Source: Puniceicoccales bacterium
GTDB taxonomy: Bacteria; Verrucomicrobiota; Verrucomicrobiia; Opitutales; JAIRKQ01
Direction: 5' to 3'
Assembly (NCBI GenBank): GCA_031266345.1
Contig: JAISBD010000007.1
Coordinates: forward strand, 4,377-68,376
DNA length: 64,000 bases
In this document: positions 34,456-43,956 of the stretch, in pieces
How the letters are laid out: every line of letters starts with the position of its first letter
How positions within the stretch are numbered: the stretch's first letter is position 1
Made by a program: the position numbers and the translations under genes
Notes under the pieces: model-generated
The model's input: only the letters and a program-made list of their open reading frames with translations
The model's database searches: none
What the model was told of the DNA's origin: nothing

Positions 34456-36264
34456 TCACCTCATTGGTTTTCTTTTTTTTAATTTTTGTTTTACCGGAAC
34501 GACTGACTCGCCGCCGCCATTGCCGATTGTAAACTTTCCATCGGAGCAGTAGGCATCGAGTTCACAGTTCAGCGCACTATTTTCTGCGGCTTTCCTGGCG
34601 TACTCCCCCTCCACGGACGGATTCGCCACAATGGATGGGCGAATAAAAATTAGCAGTTCATTTGTTCTTTCGCTGCGGGCTTTTGGGGAAAATAGAGCAT
34701 CGCCGACGATGGGCAAGTGGCCCAGGAGCCACAATTTCCCCTTCGAATCGGTGCACTCTTTCTCCTGTAAGCCGGCCAAAACAACGACATCCCCATCGTG
34801 CACGCTCACGAAGGATACGGCTTGCCGCTTCGTTATCACCGGCTGCTTGTTTTTATCGATCTCCACGCTGTCACTAATTTTTTGTATGAGCTGGTCAATT
34901 TTCATTTGAATTACGCCATTGGGGCCGATCAGCGGGATGACAGTCAGCTCTATGCCGATGTCCTTGTAGCTAACGCTATTCCTAATCGACTGCTGATTGG
35001 CCAGATCGGTAAAATTTGCCGTTATCACGGGGCGGGATTCGCCGACTTTTATTGAAGCTTCGCGGTTATGGGTCGTGACGATCGTTGGGGCCGATAAAAC
35101 TTTTACATTTTCGCAATTCTTCGCCCTATTGAACACGTAGCCTAGGGAAAAATTTTTCAGCGTCCCCCCAAAAATGAGCCCACTTTTGATGCTACTGTTT
35201 GAAGCACTCTGGCCGATGAAAGCTAGGCGGTGACTGCCGGTGGGACTGGGGGTCTGGGAGGGGGCCGCCGACATGTCCACATTGTAGGATATTCCCAGCG
35301 ATTCCAGCCCAGAAGTCTCGTTATCGGCGAGGGTTACCTGGGCGATGACAACCTCGATGCGCACCTGCTCGAGCAGGATGTCGAGCCCGTCGATAATTTT
35401 TTCGACGTGGTTTATGTCCTGCCGCGTCCCGCAAACGATTATGGAGTTGCTATATTTATCGTGCTCCACGGCGACGGAGCTGGAAAACTTAAATTCCTGC
35501 GAGTCTGGTTTGGCGTCGCTTTGGGAAGCTGCATTCGGCGGTGTAATTTTGCTTTGGTCACCCCCTTCGCTGCGCACCCTATCTTCAATTTTCCCCACTC
35601 CGAGGGGCCCACTCGCAGGGACCAATCGGTGAAGAATGGCCGAAATATTCTCCGCACTGCCATGTTTTATGCGAAAAATCTTCGATTCAATCTTCGAGCA
35701 GCGCGGCCTGTCCACGTTTTTAATCAGCAGCTCCACGCGTTGCAAATTCGACAGCCTATCCGTGATTACTAAGCAGTTTGAATCCTCAAAAATTAGGATT
35801 GAGGAGCTGATCGGTGACAATATGGGGCGGATAATCCTGGCAAAATCTCCGGCGGAAATGTATTCCAGGGTAAATAATTTCGCATAAAATTTTTCACCGA
35901 CTGGCAGGGACAGAGCCGATACTTCCAGCCATTCCGGCGCATGCGTGGCCGCCATGCGCGCGCTCACGGCTCGCAAAATTCCATCTCCGCGGTCGATAAC
36001 CGCAACCCCATTCATGCTTAGGACGTTCTCCAATATCCGAGCGGCATCCCGCTGTGACAAATTTTGCCGAATTTGCATGGATAGTTTGGTGTTTGCGACG
36101 GATTGGTCGCATAAAACGGACTTGCTGGTCAACTTTTCCAAAATACACAGCACTTGGGGCAGCGATTCATCGGAGAATATCAAACTTTTTACCTCGCAGC
36201 AAATCAACGAACCGTAGAAACAATTCGCCGCAAGGAATACAAAAATATATTTCAACGTACCCAT
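34456..36264 (-). CDS. gspD: Type II secretion outer-membrane secretin GspD
   Basis: 602 aa. N-domain repeats, then the secretin core ...VVVLAGLQEKECTDSKGKLWLLGHLPIVGDALFSPKARSERTNELLIFIRPSIV. Confidence 0.9.
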   Translation of the reverse strand: MGTLKYIFVFLAANCFYGSLICCEVKSLIFSDESLPQVLCILEKLTSKSVLCDQSVANTKLSMQIRQNLSQRDAARILENVLSMNGVAVIDRGDGILRAVSARMAATHAPEWLEVSALSLPVGEKFYAKLFTLEYISAGDFARIIRPILSPISSSILIFEDSNCLVITDRLSNLQRVELLIKNVDRPRCSKIESKIFRIKHGSAENISAILHRLVPASGPLGVGKIEDRVRSEGGDQSKITPPNAASQSDAKPDSQEFKFSSSVAVEHDKYSNSIIVCGTRQDINHVEKIIDGLDILLEQVRIEVVIAQVTLADNETSGLESLGISYNVDMSAAPSQTPSPTGSHRLAFIGQSASNSSIKSGLIFGGTLKNFSLGYVFNRAKNCENVKVLSAPTIVTTHNREASIKVGESRPVITANFTDLANQQSIRNSVSYKDIGIELTVIPLIGPNGVIQMKIDQLIQKISDSVEIDKNKQPVITKRQAVSFVSVHDGDVVVLAGLQEKECTDSKGKLWLLGHLPIVGDALFSPKARSERTNELLIFIRPSIVANPSVEGEYARKAAENSALNCELDAYCSDGKFTIGNGGGESVVPVKQKLKKRKPMR

Positions 36265-36977
36265 CTTTCACCCAAAAATACCGCCTCAATTAGACATTTT
36301 ACATTCAAATTACCATCCTTTGCGGCGGTGAAGTGGACATCGCCCATCCTGGTGCCGTCGCAGGTAATGGCCTCGCTGAAATGCACAAACTCTGCCATGG
36401 AAACACTGCGCAGGGCGGCGTTCACCGATGCAATGGTAATTTCATTGACCCCATACCTGCGCTCGTCCGACAATTCAAATTTGCACCCACTTTCGGCGGC
36501 AACCTTTTCGATAAAGCTCATCAGGGAACTTCCCAAATTCCTATTACTTTTCAAGCGCTCGTGGGCATCGTCAAATTTCCGACTAATCTCATCCGCACCT
36601 TCGAGCCACTCACTTTGCTTGGCAGCTAAATCATTGTAGCAGGATATCGTCCTGCGCATTTTCAAAAAATTAGCACAGCTACATACTAGGCAAAGCAAAG
36701 TGAGGGAGAACAATCCAGCAAAGATAAAAAATTTGCAGCGCAAATGCACCAGTTTTAGCCACTCGGTGCAGCATCGGCGTTCGGCGATAAACCCAGTGCC
36801 CTTCTTTTTTACAAGTGATGGGAGCAATGAGGGCTGAGTCGGCCCCCACCCCCTTACTTTTAGCCACTTTAATAAATGCCTAATCCTATCTCTGCTTAAG
36901 TGGAACATGAATGGTAAAAAAAGCCCTATTGTCGCGGAAATGAACATTGGATGTTTCCGCTGAAGTAACGTTCGCAC
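36252..36977 (-). CDS. Bitopic inner-membrane protein, GspM-like (putative). True start probably internal.
   Basis: One TM (FFIFAGLFSLTLLCLVCSCANF) followed by a ~150-aa periplasmic domain. The ORF-track start overlaps the upstream gene by 92 nt. In-frame GTG at 36749 or TTG at 36743, just before the TM, would give a ~165-aa GspM-sized protein. Assignment is by size, topology and position only. Confidence 0.4.
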   Translation of the reverse strand: MRTLLQRKHPMFISATIGLFLPFMFHLSRDRIRHLLKWLKVRGWGPTQPSLLPSLVKKKGTGFIAERRCCTEWLKLVHLRCKFFIFAGLFSLTLLCLVCSCANFLKMRRTISCYNDLAAKQSEWLEGADEISRKFDDAHERLKSNRNLGSSLMSFIEKVAAESGCKFELSDERRYGVNEITIASVNAALRSVSMAEFVHFSEAITCDGTRMGDVHFTAAKDGNLNVKCLIEAVFLGERWVR

Positions 36978-37824
36978 AACTCCTTACGGCGCTGCGATAA
37001 TTTTCCACCGAACCAACGGACTGCCCGTATCCCTTGATCTTCAGGGTTTTTTTATCGACGTCGCAGTGAACATCGGTGAATAAAATATCGTCTGGGCGGA
37101 CCCTATTCAGCGTTTCCAATGAAGTTAAACAAAAATTTTCCTGGGAGTAAAATTTGGATATGTGCTCGAGGAAAGCGTGCTTCGAAATAATGCGCGCAAC
37201 TTCAGCCTCTCGCCCGTCGAGCAACATTTTAAACCTTCCAAACTTCAGGTGGGTGCAAAAAAATATTCCCCAAGCTAGCAACAATAACCCTATTCCTATT
37301 AGGCAAAAGCGAATCCCGTGGTCTAAAAATTTCGAAAATTTTCTCAAAAATTTTGCGTGACTTTTTTGCTTAAATTCCTTTAAGTTGGCATTGAAAACTA
37401 TGGGACTCAGCGCATCGAGGCAAAAATATCCCTCGGGACAATGGAAAACTATGCTATCATCCCGATTCACCCTTGCGCGCACCATCGATAGATCGTGCCC
37501 CACCACCATGCTGGGGAAAAAATCAGGAAAAATGTAGCTATCTTCCGTTGAAAAAAATTGCTCAATTCTGCGCTTGTAGGCGATGAATATGGTCACTTTG
37601 GGTCCAGCGGCGAAAAATCCGTAGGAGACATCGGCGAGCGAAAATGGGCTAACCGCTTCCACGCGAAGTCTAGCAAAGTGCTCCAAATCGCGATTTGACT
37701 TGAGCGGCTTTTCAAAGGAAACTTCATCGATAAAAAAGTATTCCCGCCCTACAAAACGTACTTTACCACGTTTGCGATAGTGACGTTTTAGGGTGCAAAA
37801 TGATTTTCTAAAAAAATAGCTCAC
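36886..37824 (-). CDS. Bitopic inner-membrane protein, GspL/PilN-like (putative)
   Basis: 312 aa. A ~170-aa cytoplasmic part, one TM (IRFCLIGIGLLLLAWGIFFCTHL) and a ~115-aa periplasmic part. Located between the GspK-like and GspM-like genes. Assignment is by topology and position. Confidence 0.4.
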   Translation of the reverse strand: MSYFFRKSFCTLKRHYRKRGKVRFVGREYFFIDEVSFEKPLKSNRDLEHFARLRVEAVSPFSLADVSYGFFAAGPKVTIFIAYKRRIEQFFSTEDSYIFPDFFPSMVVGHDLSMVRARVNRDDSIVFHCPEGYFCLDALSPIVFNANLKEFKQKSHAKFLRKFSKFLDHGIRFCLIGIGLLLLAWGIFFCTHLKFGRFKMLLDGREAEVARIISKHAFLEHISKFYSQENFCLTSLETLNRVRPDDILFTDVHCDVDKKTLKIKGYGQSVGSVENYRSAVRSCANVTSAETSNVHFRDNRAFFTIHVPLKQR

Positions 37825-37873
37825 GGCTGCGTTCCTATTAAATCGATAATTTCACAAAAGTCAATCAAGTATT

Positions 37874-38746
37874 TCAAAACTTGCTTGCCTGAGAAACAAC
37901 CTCGAAGGGAAACCCGTGCCAACTGCGAAGGGGGTCGTATTTTACGGTGTAATTTTCCGCCAGTTTTATGCCATCCATTTCAGTGGCGATGGACAAACTA
38001 AAGCAGAGGTTTTTCTCCATGAAAAGTCCAGGATTGTGAACAATGCAGCCCCTGGAATAGAGCTCAGTGAAAACATCATTCCGTGAATTTTCACTTAAAA
38101 ATGAAGTATTTTTGAGCACCGCTTTTGCGTCATCGGGGCGCCAGCTCTCCAGTGCACAAATTGCATTTAGCAGCTCATCGCCGATCCCATGCAGCGCCAC
38201 GGCATCCGCATTTTGGCAAGTAATATTTTTTGCAAAAACCTGCCATTTTTCCGTAAAAAAACCATTCCCATCGATAAACACACGGCTAAACGTCGGCAAG
38301 GTGAGCAGGTGCTCAATTTTCGCCGGTCCCAACTTCTTCGCCCTGAACAGTTCTTCCAGTTCGCCAATCAACGATATAACATCTTGATAATCAAGCCATA
38401 ATGCAAAAAACAACTGTTCGAGCAAGTTTAAAAATTCAGGTTTTAGGGGAATTTTATTATCCTCCGGTGCAATGAAGAAGTGGTTGCCTTCCCCCAAATT
38501 ATCCCCAATGCATCGCTCAATTTTTTCCCTGCATTCCTCCATGCTGCAGTCTTTTGTCAAATGGGAATAGAGGTTAGCAATTACAATTGACAAAACCGAA
38601 TCCCTCCTTATGCGCAAGTCAAGATATGGATCGATTTGCCCAATGTAGGAAATTTCGTTGTCAACAACGCGTAAGAAAGAGACCGCCAGCATGCCCATGA
38701 CCAGCACCACTCCCAACACAAGTACCAAAATACTTCCCTTGCGCAT
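37874..38746 (-). CDS. GspK-like minor pseudopilin (putative)
   Basis: MRKGSILVLVLGVVLVMGMLAVSFLRVV has the R-G-S-x-L-(hydrophobic)n GspK/PilX-type N-terminus without the G/F-x-x-x-E prepilin motif. ~290 aa, as for GspK. I prefer the ATG at 38746 to the ORF-track start at 38782. Confidence 0.5.
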   Translation of the reverse strand: MRKGSILVLVLGVVLVMGMLAVSFLRVVDNEISYIGQIDPYLDLRIRRDSVLSIVIANLYSHLTKDCSMEECREKIERCIGDNLGEGNHFFIAPEDNKIPLKPEFLNLLEQLFFALWLDYQDVISLIGELEELFRAKKLGPAKIEHLLTLPTFSRVFIDGNGFFTEKWQVFAKNITCQNADAVALHGIGDELLNAICALESWRPDDAKAVLKNTSFLSENSRNDVFTELYSRGCIVHNPGLFMEKNLCFSLSIATEMDGIKLAENYTVKYDPLRSWHGFPFEVVSQASKF

Positions 38747-38790
38747 GGACATGCAGTTTGGCAGGACAGGCGATAAATGCAATAAATTCC

Positions 38791-39582
38791 ATGAAAAATA
38801 GATTCACGTCAAGGTGCTGTGGGTTTACTCTCCTGGAAGTTTTGGTGGCACTATCCCTCATCGCTTCCATCTCCGCTCTATCTTTTTACTTCTTCATCAG
38901 CATAAGTGAGCGCCATAAGCTTTCCCTCGAGAACACAGCGATTGACCGAGAATTGCACATGCTAACGGACATCATTTCCGAAGACCTATCCTGCATCATT
39001 CTCATAGATAAGGGATTCCCCGCCTTTGAATTTAAATCCGACGATGAGCAGCAAAAGTTTTTTATCTCATTTTTTTCCTCGAATAATGAGGAGCACATAA
39101 CGAAAGCTTTTCAATATTGCATCGGAACAACCGATAACTCGCGCAAAATTTTCACAAAACTCGAACTATCTGCCGCAGATTCCCTTTTTATGCAGAACAC
39201 AATGAATCAGCAAAGCTCGCTCCATAAAAATTTTTTGGAATATGCACCGGTTATGGTGAGAGCATTGGGTGGAAAATTGCTGAATTTCAGCATAAGGATC
39301 GCTGTGAAAACACCAACCGGCGGTATTTTCATATCACCGACAAACACCGATTTGACTTACAAAAACGGCTGCTTGCACTACAAAAACAAAGAAAAGGGAA
39401 CGGTAATGCACATAAAGGGCACGCCGCTATTCATAGACATCACCGTGCGAGCCCTCACCAATGCAACCGAGCAAAAACTATCCTCGAAACAATTTAAATC
39501 AAAGCGCGACCGTGCCATATTCCTAGCCGCAGAAATGCGAAAGAGTTGCCGAAGAATAGCGATCAGGTCCCACTCCTTCTAA
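38791..39582 (+). CDS. Pseudopilin with prepilin-type N-terminal cleavage/methylation motif (GspH/J-like)
   Basis: MKNRFTSRCCG/FTLLEVLVALSLIASISALSFYFF is the classical G-F-T-L-x-E prepilin peptidase site. 263 aa. Divergent from the GspK-like gene (44-nt spacer). Confidence 0.75.
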   Translation: MKNRFTSRCCGFTLLEVLVALSLIASISALSFYFFISISERHKLSLENTAIDRELHMLTDIISEDLSCIILIDKGFPAFEFKSDDEQQKFFISFFSSNNEEHITKAFQYCIGTTDNSRKIFTKLELSAADSLFMQNTMNQQSSLHKNFLEYAPVMVRALGGKLLNFSIRIAVKTPTGGIFISPTNTDLTYKNGCLHYKNKEKGTVMHIKGTPLFIDITVRALTNATEQKLSSKQFKSKRDRAIFLAAEMRKSCRRIAIRSHSF

Positions 39583-39836
39583 AGTAATTTCTATTCCGAT
39601 TGAAAATTAGCCATCCCTTTCCCGCAAAAGGGCAAGCTAGGCCGCCAAGTTTTGCAAGAGTTTTTCAACGTCCCCCGGGGAAAAAGATATTCAACGGCTT
39701 GACTGCTAGGATGAAAGGAAGTACCACCTCCACAGAAATAGCAGAAGATGGGAGTAAACATTTTTAGGCAAGCGCTAGCATCGAGACACGTGGCCAAGCT
39801 AAGGAAATTTTTGCCTTGGCGGCACAGGCTGAAATT

Positions 39837-41012
39837 CTACCTAAACTTGGCAAGAATTTGAATGCCGGAGTCATAGGCTGGGTGCGTTTCGCCGATGATC
39901 AGCGGTGAAGCGTACTTGAAAAATGAAGTATCAGCGATCGTTTCGTCGCCGTTGTACCACCCAAGGGGAAATTCCTTTTTTTTTCCGATTGCATTCGAAA
40001 TGTCCACGCAGCTTATTTCACAGTTATATTTTTGGATATCGGTACGCAGCAGAATCATCATTTTGCTGCTGGTTACATTTTCAAGCGCAAGCTCAACGGC
40101 CCGCCTAGCGCAGTTCACCGTTTCGGAGGAATCTGCACCGGATATCGTCATGCAGGATGTCCGCCGCCAATCGTGCAAAATCACCAAATCAACATCCACT
40201 TCAAAGTTAGCCTCCGCTATAAATTTTACATGCTGGCCGGGTGTGCGCCCTTTGGTCACGCTTTCTCCGGCACGATTCTTCAAATCGCCACCGACAACAA
40301 TCACGCAATTGCCATTCGCATGTATGCATTCGTGAATTTTTTTCACAAGCGTTTGTTCCTCAAATAAATCCGCAAATATCAAGTGCGGCGCCATGTTGGA
40401 GTCGAACCGCTTCTTTGCCAGCGCAACACCGCACAAAACCCACATATTGTCGCATCCGCTAAACTCCACAATGGTCACACTCCCAGAGGACTGCGTCGAT
40501 TGAATGTCGGCAACAATGCCGGTGAACAGCGACGAAACATGCTTTATTAAAGAACCGTAACCGAGGCAGTGGTCGGTCAGGGGCAGGGCGTTGTCGGGTG
40601 AAAATGGAATCAGCATGAGGCGCATTTCGTGGCCAATCCTAGCCACAGATTCCTCTATCTTTAGGCAATATTTTCCACTCTCTTCGTCGCCAAGTATGAA
40701 CATAAACCTAATGTTTTTGTCCCTCAAAATTACCCCCACATTGCTGAAATCTTCTTCGGAGCACTCGCTAACACGGGAACCCAATGCCGCCCCGGGAGTA
40801 AAAGATAGATTGCTGATATTTTTCTGCTGCTGAGCGGCAAGGTCTATAAAATTTCCGGCAATCAGCCCCGCAAGCCCACCGATGCAGCCATAAACATCCT
40901 CAACGGCATCGTAATTCAATGCGCTCCCTATCAGTGCCGATAAGCCAACATTCATTAGTGCGGACGGCCGTCCAAGTTGCATCAATAAGACATTTCCGTT
41001 CAATTTCATCAT
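39837..41012 (-). CDS. Phosphofructokinase-family protein with degenerate catalytic motifs (probable pseudoenzyme or altered function)
   Basis: 391 aa, collinear with PfkA. GRPSALMN for GGDAPGMN, ILGDEES for IGGDGS, IPFSPDNAL for LPGTIDNDI, VEFSGCDNMW for VEVMGRYCG. Confidence 0.65.
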   Translation of the reverse strand: MMKLNGNVLLMQLGRPSALMNVGLSALIGSALNYDAVEDVYGCIGGLAGLIAGNFIDLAAQQQKNISNLSFTPGAALGSRVSECSEEDFSNVGVILRDKNIRFMFILGDEESGKYCLKIEESVARIGHEMRLMLIPFSPDNALPLTDHCLGYGSLIKHVSSLFTGIVADIQSTQSSGSVTIVEFSGCDNMWVLCGVALAKKRFDSNMAPHLIFADLFEEQTLVKKIHECIHANGNCVIVVGGDLKNRAGESVTKGRTPGQHVKFIAEANFEVDVDLVILHDWRRTSCMTISGADSSETVNCARRAVELALENVTSSKMMILLRTDIQKYNCEISCVDISNAIGKKKEFPLGWYNGDETIADTSFFKYASPLIIGETHPAYDSGIQILAKFR

Positions 41013-41164
41013 GGTGTATTCCCCTTAAATTCCTTACCCTGCTTTTTATGCGCGACAAAGCAATAATTTTTAAAAAAAATAATATTTTTTATAAATACAC
41101 TTTTAACATTGTAATTTGCCATTTTTTTTATTTCGTATGAAACACAAGCATATATGGGAATATT

Positions 41165-42262
41165 ATGAAAAAAATTATCAACATAATGATGATGGCCATT
41201 GTTTTGGCGTGCACGGGATGCAGTTCCATTGGTCCGAAGGGGATGCGGAGTGTTCACCCACAGTACAATGACGCATTGACTTCTGTCTTGGATCGGCAAT
41301 TGTTGAATAACTTGGTTCGGTTAAAATACCGTGAAAATCCGCTATTTTTAGAAATTAACAGCATAACAGAGTCGCGCACAAGGGGCCTCGACGGTGGTTT
41401 GGGGAATGGCAAGTGGTTTTTACACCAGAGCGCTTCCCAGTCGACGCTCGTTCCAACGTTCAAATTCCTGGACTCGCAAACACCGACGATTTCCTATCAT
41501 CCGCTACGCGGCAAGGAATTTATTCAACATTTGATGACTCCAATACCATTTTCCGCCGTGCTATTGATGTCGCAATCGGGGTGGAAGTTGGAGCGCGTCT
41601 TTGACCTCTGCATTGAAAAAATAAATGGCGTCGACAACGCTTCCAACGCTTCCGGTCCAACGCCAAGAATCAAGCCGGATTACGAAAAATTTTATCGCAT
41701 GACTTCACTTTTGCAAAAACTGGAGTACGAGCACAAACTGGCGCTCGGCCTTGACAGCGCAAATAAATCCTTAGTTTTGCGCTTTATAAATGTATCTAAT
41801 TCTCCGGATATGAAGGAATTGCGGAAAATTTTAGACCTCGAAGAGGGCAGGGATGAATTCTACTTTCAAGATAATTTTTTATCCGTATCCAAGCAAAGCT
41901 TAAGCGTGAGGATGCGGTCGCTCATGGGCCTATTGTTTTACCTGTCGCACACCGTCGAGGTACCACAGGAGGACATCGACAGCGGGAAAGTGATGACGAC
42001 AGTCGATGGCGATGGTAAAGTTTTTGACTGGACAAAAAATGCAAGCGGTAAGATGTTGAACATCAAGTGCTCGAAAGTGTTGCCGAAGAATGCCTTCATA
42101 GCAACTTATCACCGCGGCCATTGGTTCTATATCGCCGATGAAGACCTGCATTCAAAGTCAACGTTCATGTTCGTCTCCTACCTTTTTAACTTGCAAGCAG
42201 GCGAAGCTTCCGCTCGCTCGGTAGCCCCGCTGTTGACAATTCCCACCACTTCAGCAAAGTAG
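41165..42262 (+). CDS. Hypothetical lipoprotein
   Basis: 365 aa. Signal peptide with lipobox MKKIINIMMMAIVLAC/TGC (LACTGC). No family recognised. Confidence 0.6.
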   Translation: MKKIINIMMMAIVLACTGCSSIGPKGMRSVHPQYNDALTSVLDRQLLNNLVRLKYRENPLFLEINSITESRTRGLDGGLGNGKWFLHQSASQSTLVPTFKFLDSQTPTISYHPLRGKEFIQHLMTPIPFSAVLLMSQSGWKLERVFDLCIEKINGVDNASNASGPTPRIKPDYEKFYRMTSLLQKLEYEHKLALGLDSANKSLVLRFINVSNSPDMKELRKILDLEEGRDEFYFQDNFLSVSKQSLSVRMRSLMGLLFYLSHTVEVPQEDIDSGKVMTTVDGDGKVFDWTKNASGKMLNIKCSKVLPKNAFIATYHRGHWFYIADEDLHSKSTFMFVSYLFNLQAGEASARSVAPLLTIPTTSAK

Positions 42263-42288
42263 CACTTCAGTGAAACATAGCGATATCA

Positions 42289-42984
42289 ATGACAAATACA
42301 CCATTTAACAACTGCCCTCCCGAAAAAAGGGGCAGTTTTACCAGCAGGCCTCATGGAATCGGCGAAAGGCCCCGTTCCCGTCGGGAAGGAGATAGGAATT
42401 TCGTGAGGAAGAACGATAGAATCCGTGCCAAAGAGGTGCGGGTGATAGGCAGCAACGGCGAACAACTCGGCATCATGACAACGGGCAGTGCCGTAGCTCT
42501 AGCTAAGAGTAAGGGGCTAGACTTGGTGGAAATTTCGCCAAATGCCCAGCCGCCCGTGTGCAAAATTTTGGACTTTGGCAAGTTTCGCTACGATGAGTGC
42601 AAGAAAAATAAGCAGGGAAGCAAGTCGCAACTGTCAAAAATCAAGGAGGTGAAGCTGCGCGTCGCCATTGACCAGAATGACTATAGCATCAAAATTCGCC
42701 ACTCCATAGAATTTTTGGAAAAGGGGTTTAAATTAAAAATTTCCCTGATGTTTCGCGGCCGCGAGCTTACCCACAGCGAAATGGGGTTTGATCTGGTGAA
42801 GCGATTCGTCAATGACCTTTGCGATTACGGTACTCTGGATGCGGAACCAAAGCTATTTGGAAAAATCATTTCCACCACCATGTCTCCCCTATCGGCGCAG
42901 AGGAAACTGGCTCAAGTCCAGGTTCATAAGAAGGTTGCCCAGCCCGCTAAGATCTTGGATGTAAGCGAGCTATTAAAACTATAA
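42289..42984 (+). CDS. infC: Translation initiation factor IF-3
   Basis: RIRAKEVRVIGSNGEQLGIMTTGSAVALAKSKGLDLVEISPNAQPPVCKILDFGKFRYDECKK..., IKEVKLRVAIDQNDY, MFRGRELTH. The ATG at 42289 gives a ~45-aa basic N-terminal extension. An in-frame GTG at 42403, preceded by aaggag (42386-42391), would give a normal ~193-aa IF3. Confidence 0.9.
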   Translation: MTNTPFNNCPPEKRGSFTSRPHGIGERPRSRREGDRNFVRKNDRIRAKEVRVIGSNGEQLGIMTTGSAVALAKSKGLDLVEISPNAQPPVCKILDFGKFRYDECKKNKQGSKSQLSKIKEVKLRVAIDQNDYSIKIRHSIEFLEKGFKLKISLMFRGRELTHSEMGFDLVKRFVNDLCDYGTLDAEPKLFGKIISTTMSPLSAQRKLAQVQVHKKVAQPAKILDVSELLKL

Positions 42985-42988
42985 ACCC

Positions 42989-43939
42989 ATGGTCAAGCTA
43001 AATCTTCATAGGGGCATATTTCTGCTGTTCATGGTGTTTGCCTGCGGTCCTGTCTGCGATGCTGCGCCAGGCAATGAGTACCTGCCACTTGCTGCAATTG
43101 CCCAAAAACATCACCTCAAAGCGGTGGTCAACCGGCCGGACCGGGTAATATTGCGCAGCGAAGAGATGGAACTAATTTTTAAACCCCAGGCACGCACGTT
43201 CCACGCAAATAATGTCCTAATGCCGCTGGGATTTTCCACGGAAGTAAGGACTGGAAAACTGTGTGTGACGCACGCTGACTACTCATCGCACATATGCCCA
43301 TTTCTTGTGAAGCGGTGCCAAAATTCCGCTCAAAGGGTGACCATCGTGCTGGACCCCGGGCACGGCGGACGGGATGATGGCACAGCGGCGGCCAGCGGAT
43401 TGAAGGAAAAAATTGTGACCCTGGATATTTGCCAAAAACTCGCACAATTTCTTACGAAGCAGGGATATGCTGTCCATTTAACCCGCAGCGAAGATAGGTA
43501 CGTCGAATTGGAAGAGCGGGCAAAGTTTGCCAATCAAAAATCGGCTAACTTATTCGTGAGCGTGCATTGCAATGCCGCCGAAACACGGTTAGCTCACGGC
43601 ATTGAAACCTTCACGCTGACCCCCCATGGGCAACCTTCCCAACATAAAACAAAATTTTCCCAATCCGCGCTGAAGCCCTATGATAATAACAGGTTCGATG
43701 GGGAAAATTTGATGCTGGCCTACAACGTGCAAAGGATCCTTTTAAGGAGGACTAGGGGGGCTGACCGCGGGGTTAAGCACGCCAACTTTCGCGTACTCAT
43801 GGACCTAAATTGTCCCGCCATATTGGTGGAATGCGGATTCCTATCAAATGCCTTGGAAAAGAAAAAGCTCGCCTCCGAGGAATACCGCTGGGTCATAGCC
43901 CAAGCCATAGCTGACGGCATAATTACCTCCCTAAAATAA
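42989..43939 (+). CDS. N-acetylmuramoyl-L-alanine amidase (Amidase_3; AmiA/C-like)
   Basis: Signal peptide, then IVLDPGHGGRDDG, ANLFVSVHCNA and ILVECGFLSN (zinc-ligand motifs of Amidase_3). Confidence 0.88.
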   Translation: MVKLNLHRGIFLLFMVFACGPVCDAAPGNEYLPLAAIAQKHHLKAVVNRPDRVILRSEEMELIFKPQARTFHANNVLMPLGFSTEVRTGKLCVTHADYSSHICPFLVKRCQNSAQRVTIVLDPGHGGRDDGTAAASGLKEKIVTLDICQKLAQFLTKQGYAVHLTRSEDRYVELEERAKFANQKSANLFVSVHCNAAETRLAHGIETFTLTPHGQPSQHKTKFSQSALKPYDNNRFDGENLMLAYNVQRILLRRTRGADRGVKHANFRVLMDLNCPAILVECGFLSNALEKKKLASEEYRWVIAQAIADGIITSLK

Positions 43940-43956
43940 TCCCACGCCGGCTGATT

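Noticed and set aside
39591-39797. 68-aa ORF and small hairpins (cccttt-cccgc-aaaggg near 39613; gccaag...cttggc near 39794) in the 254-nt spacer after the pseudopilin gene. Considered as a small RNA or terminator.
   Set aside because: The ORF has no SD or family. The hairpins are short (6 bp) without U-tracts. The evidence is insufficient to call an ncRNA or terminator.
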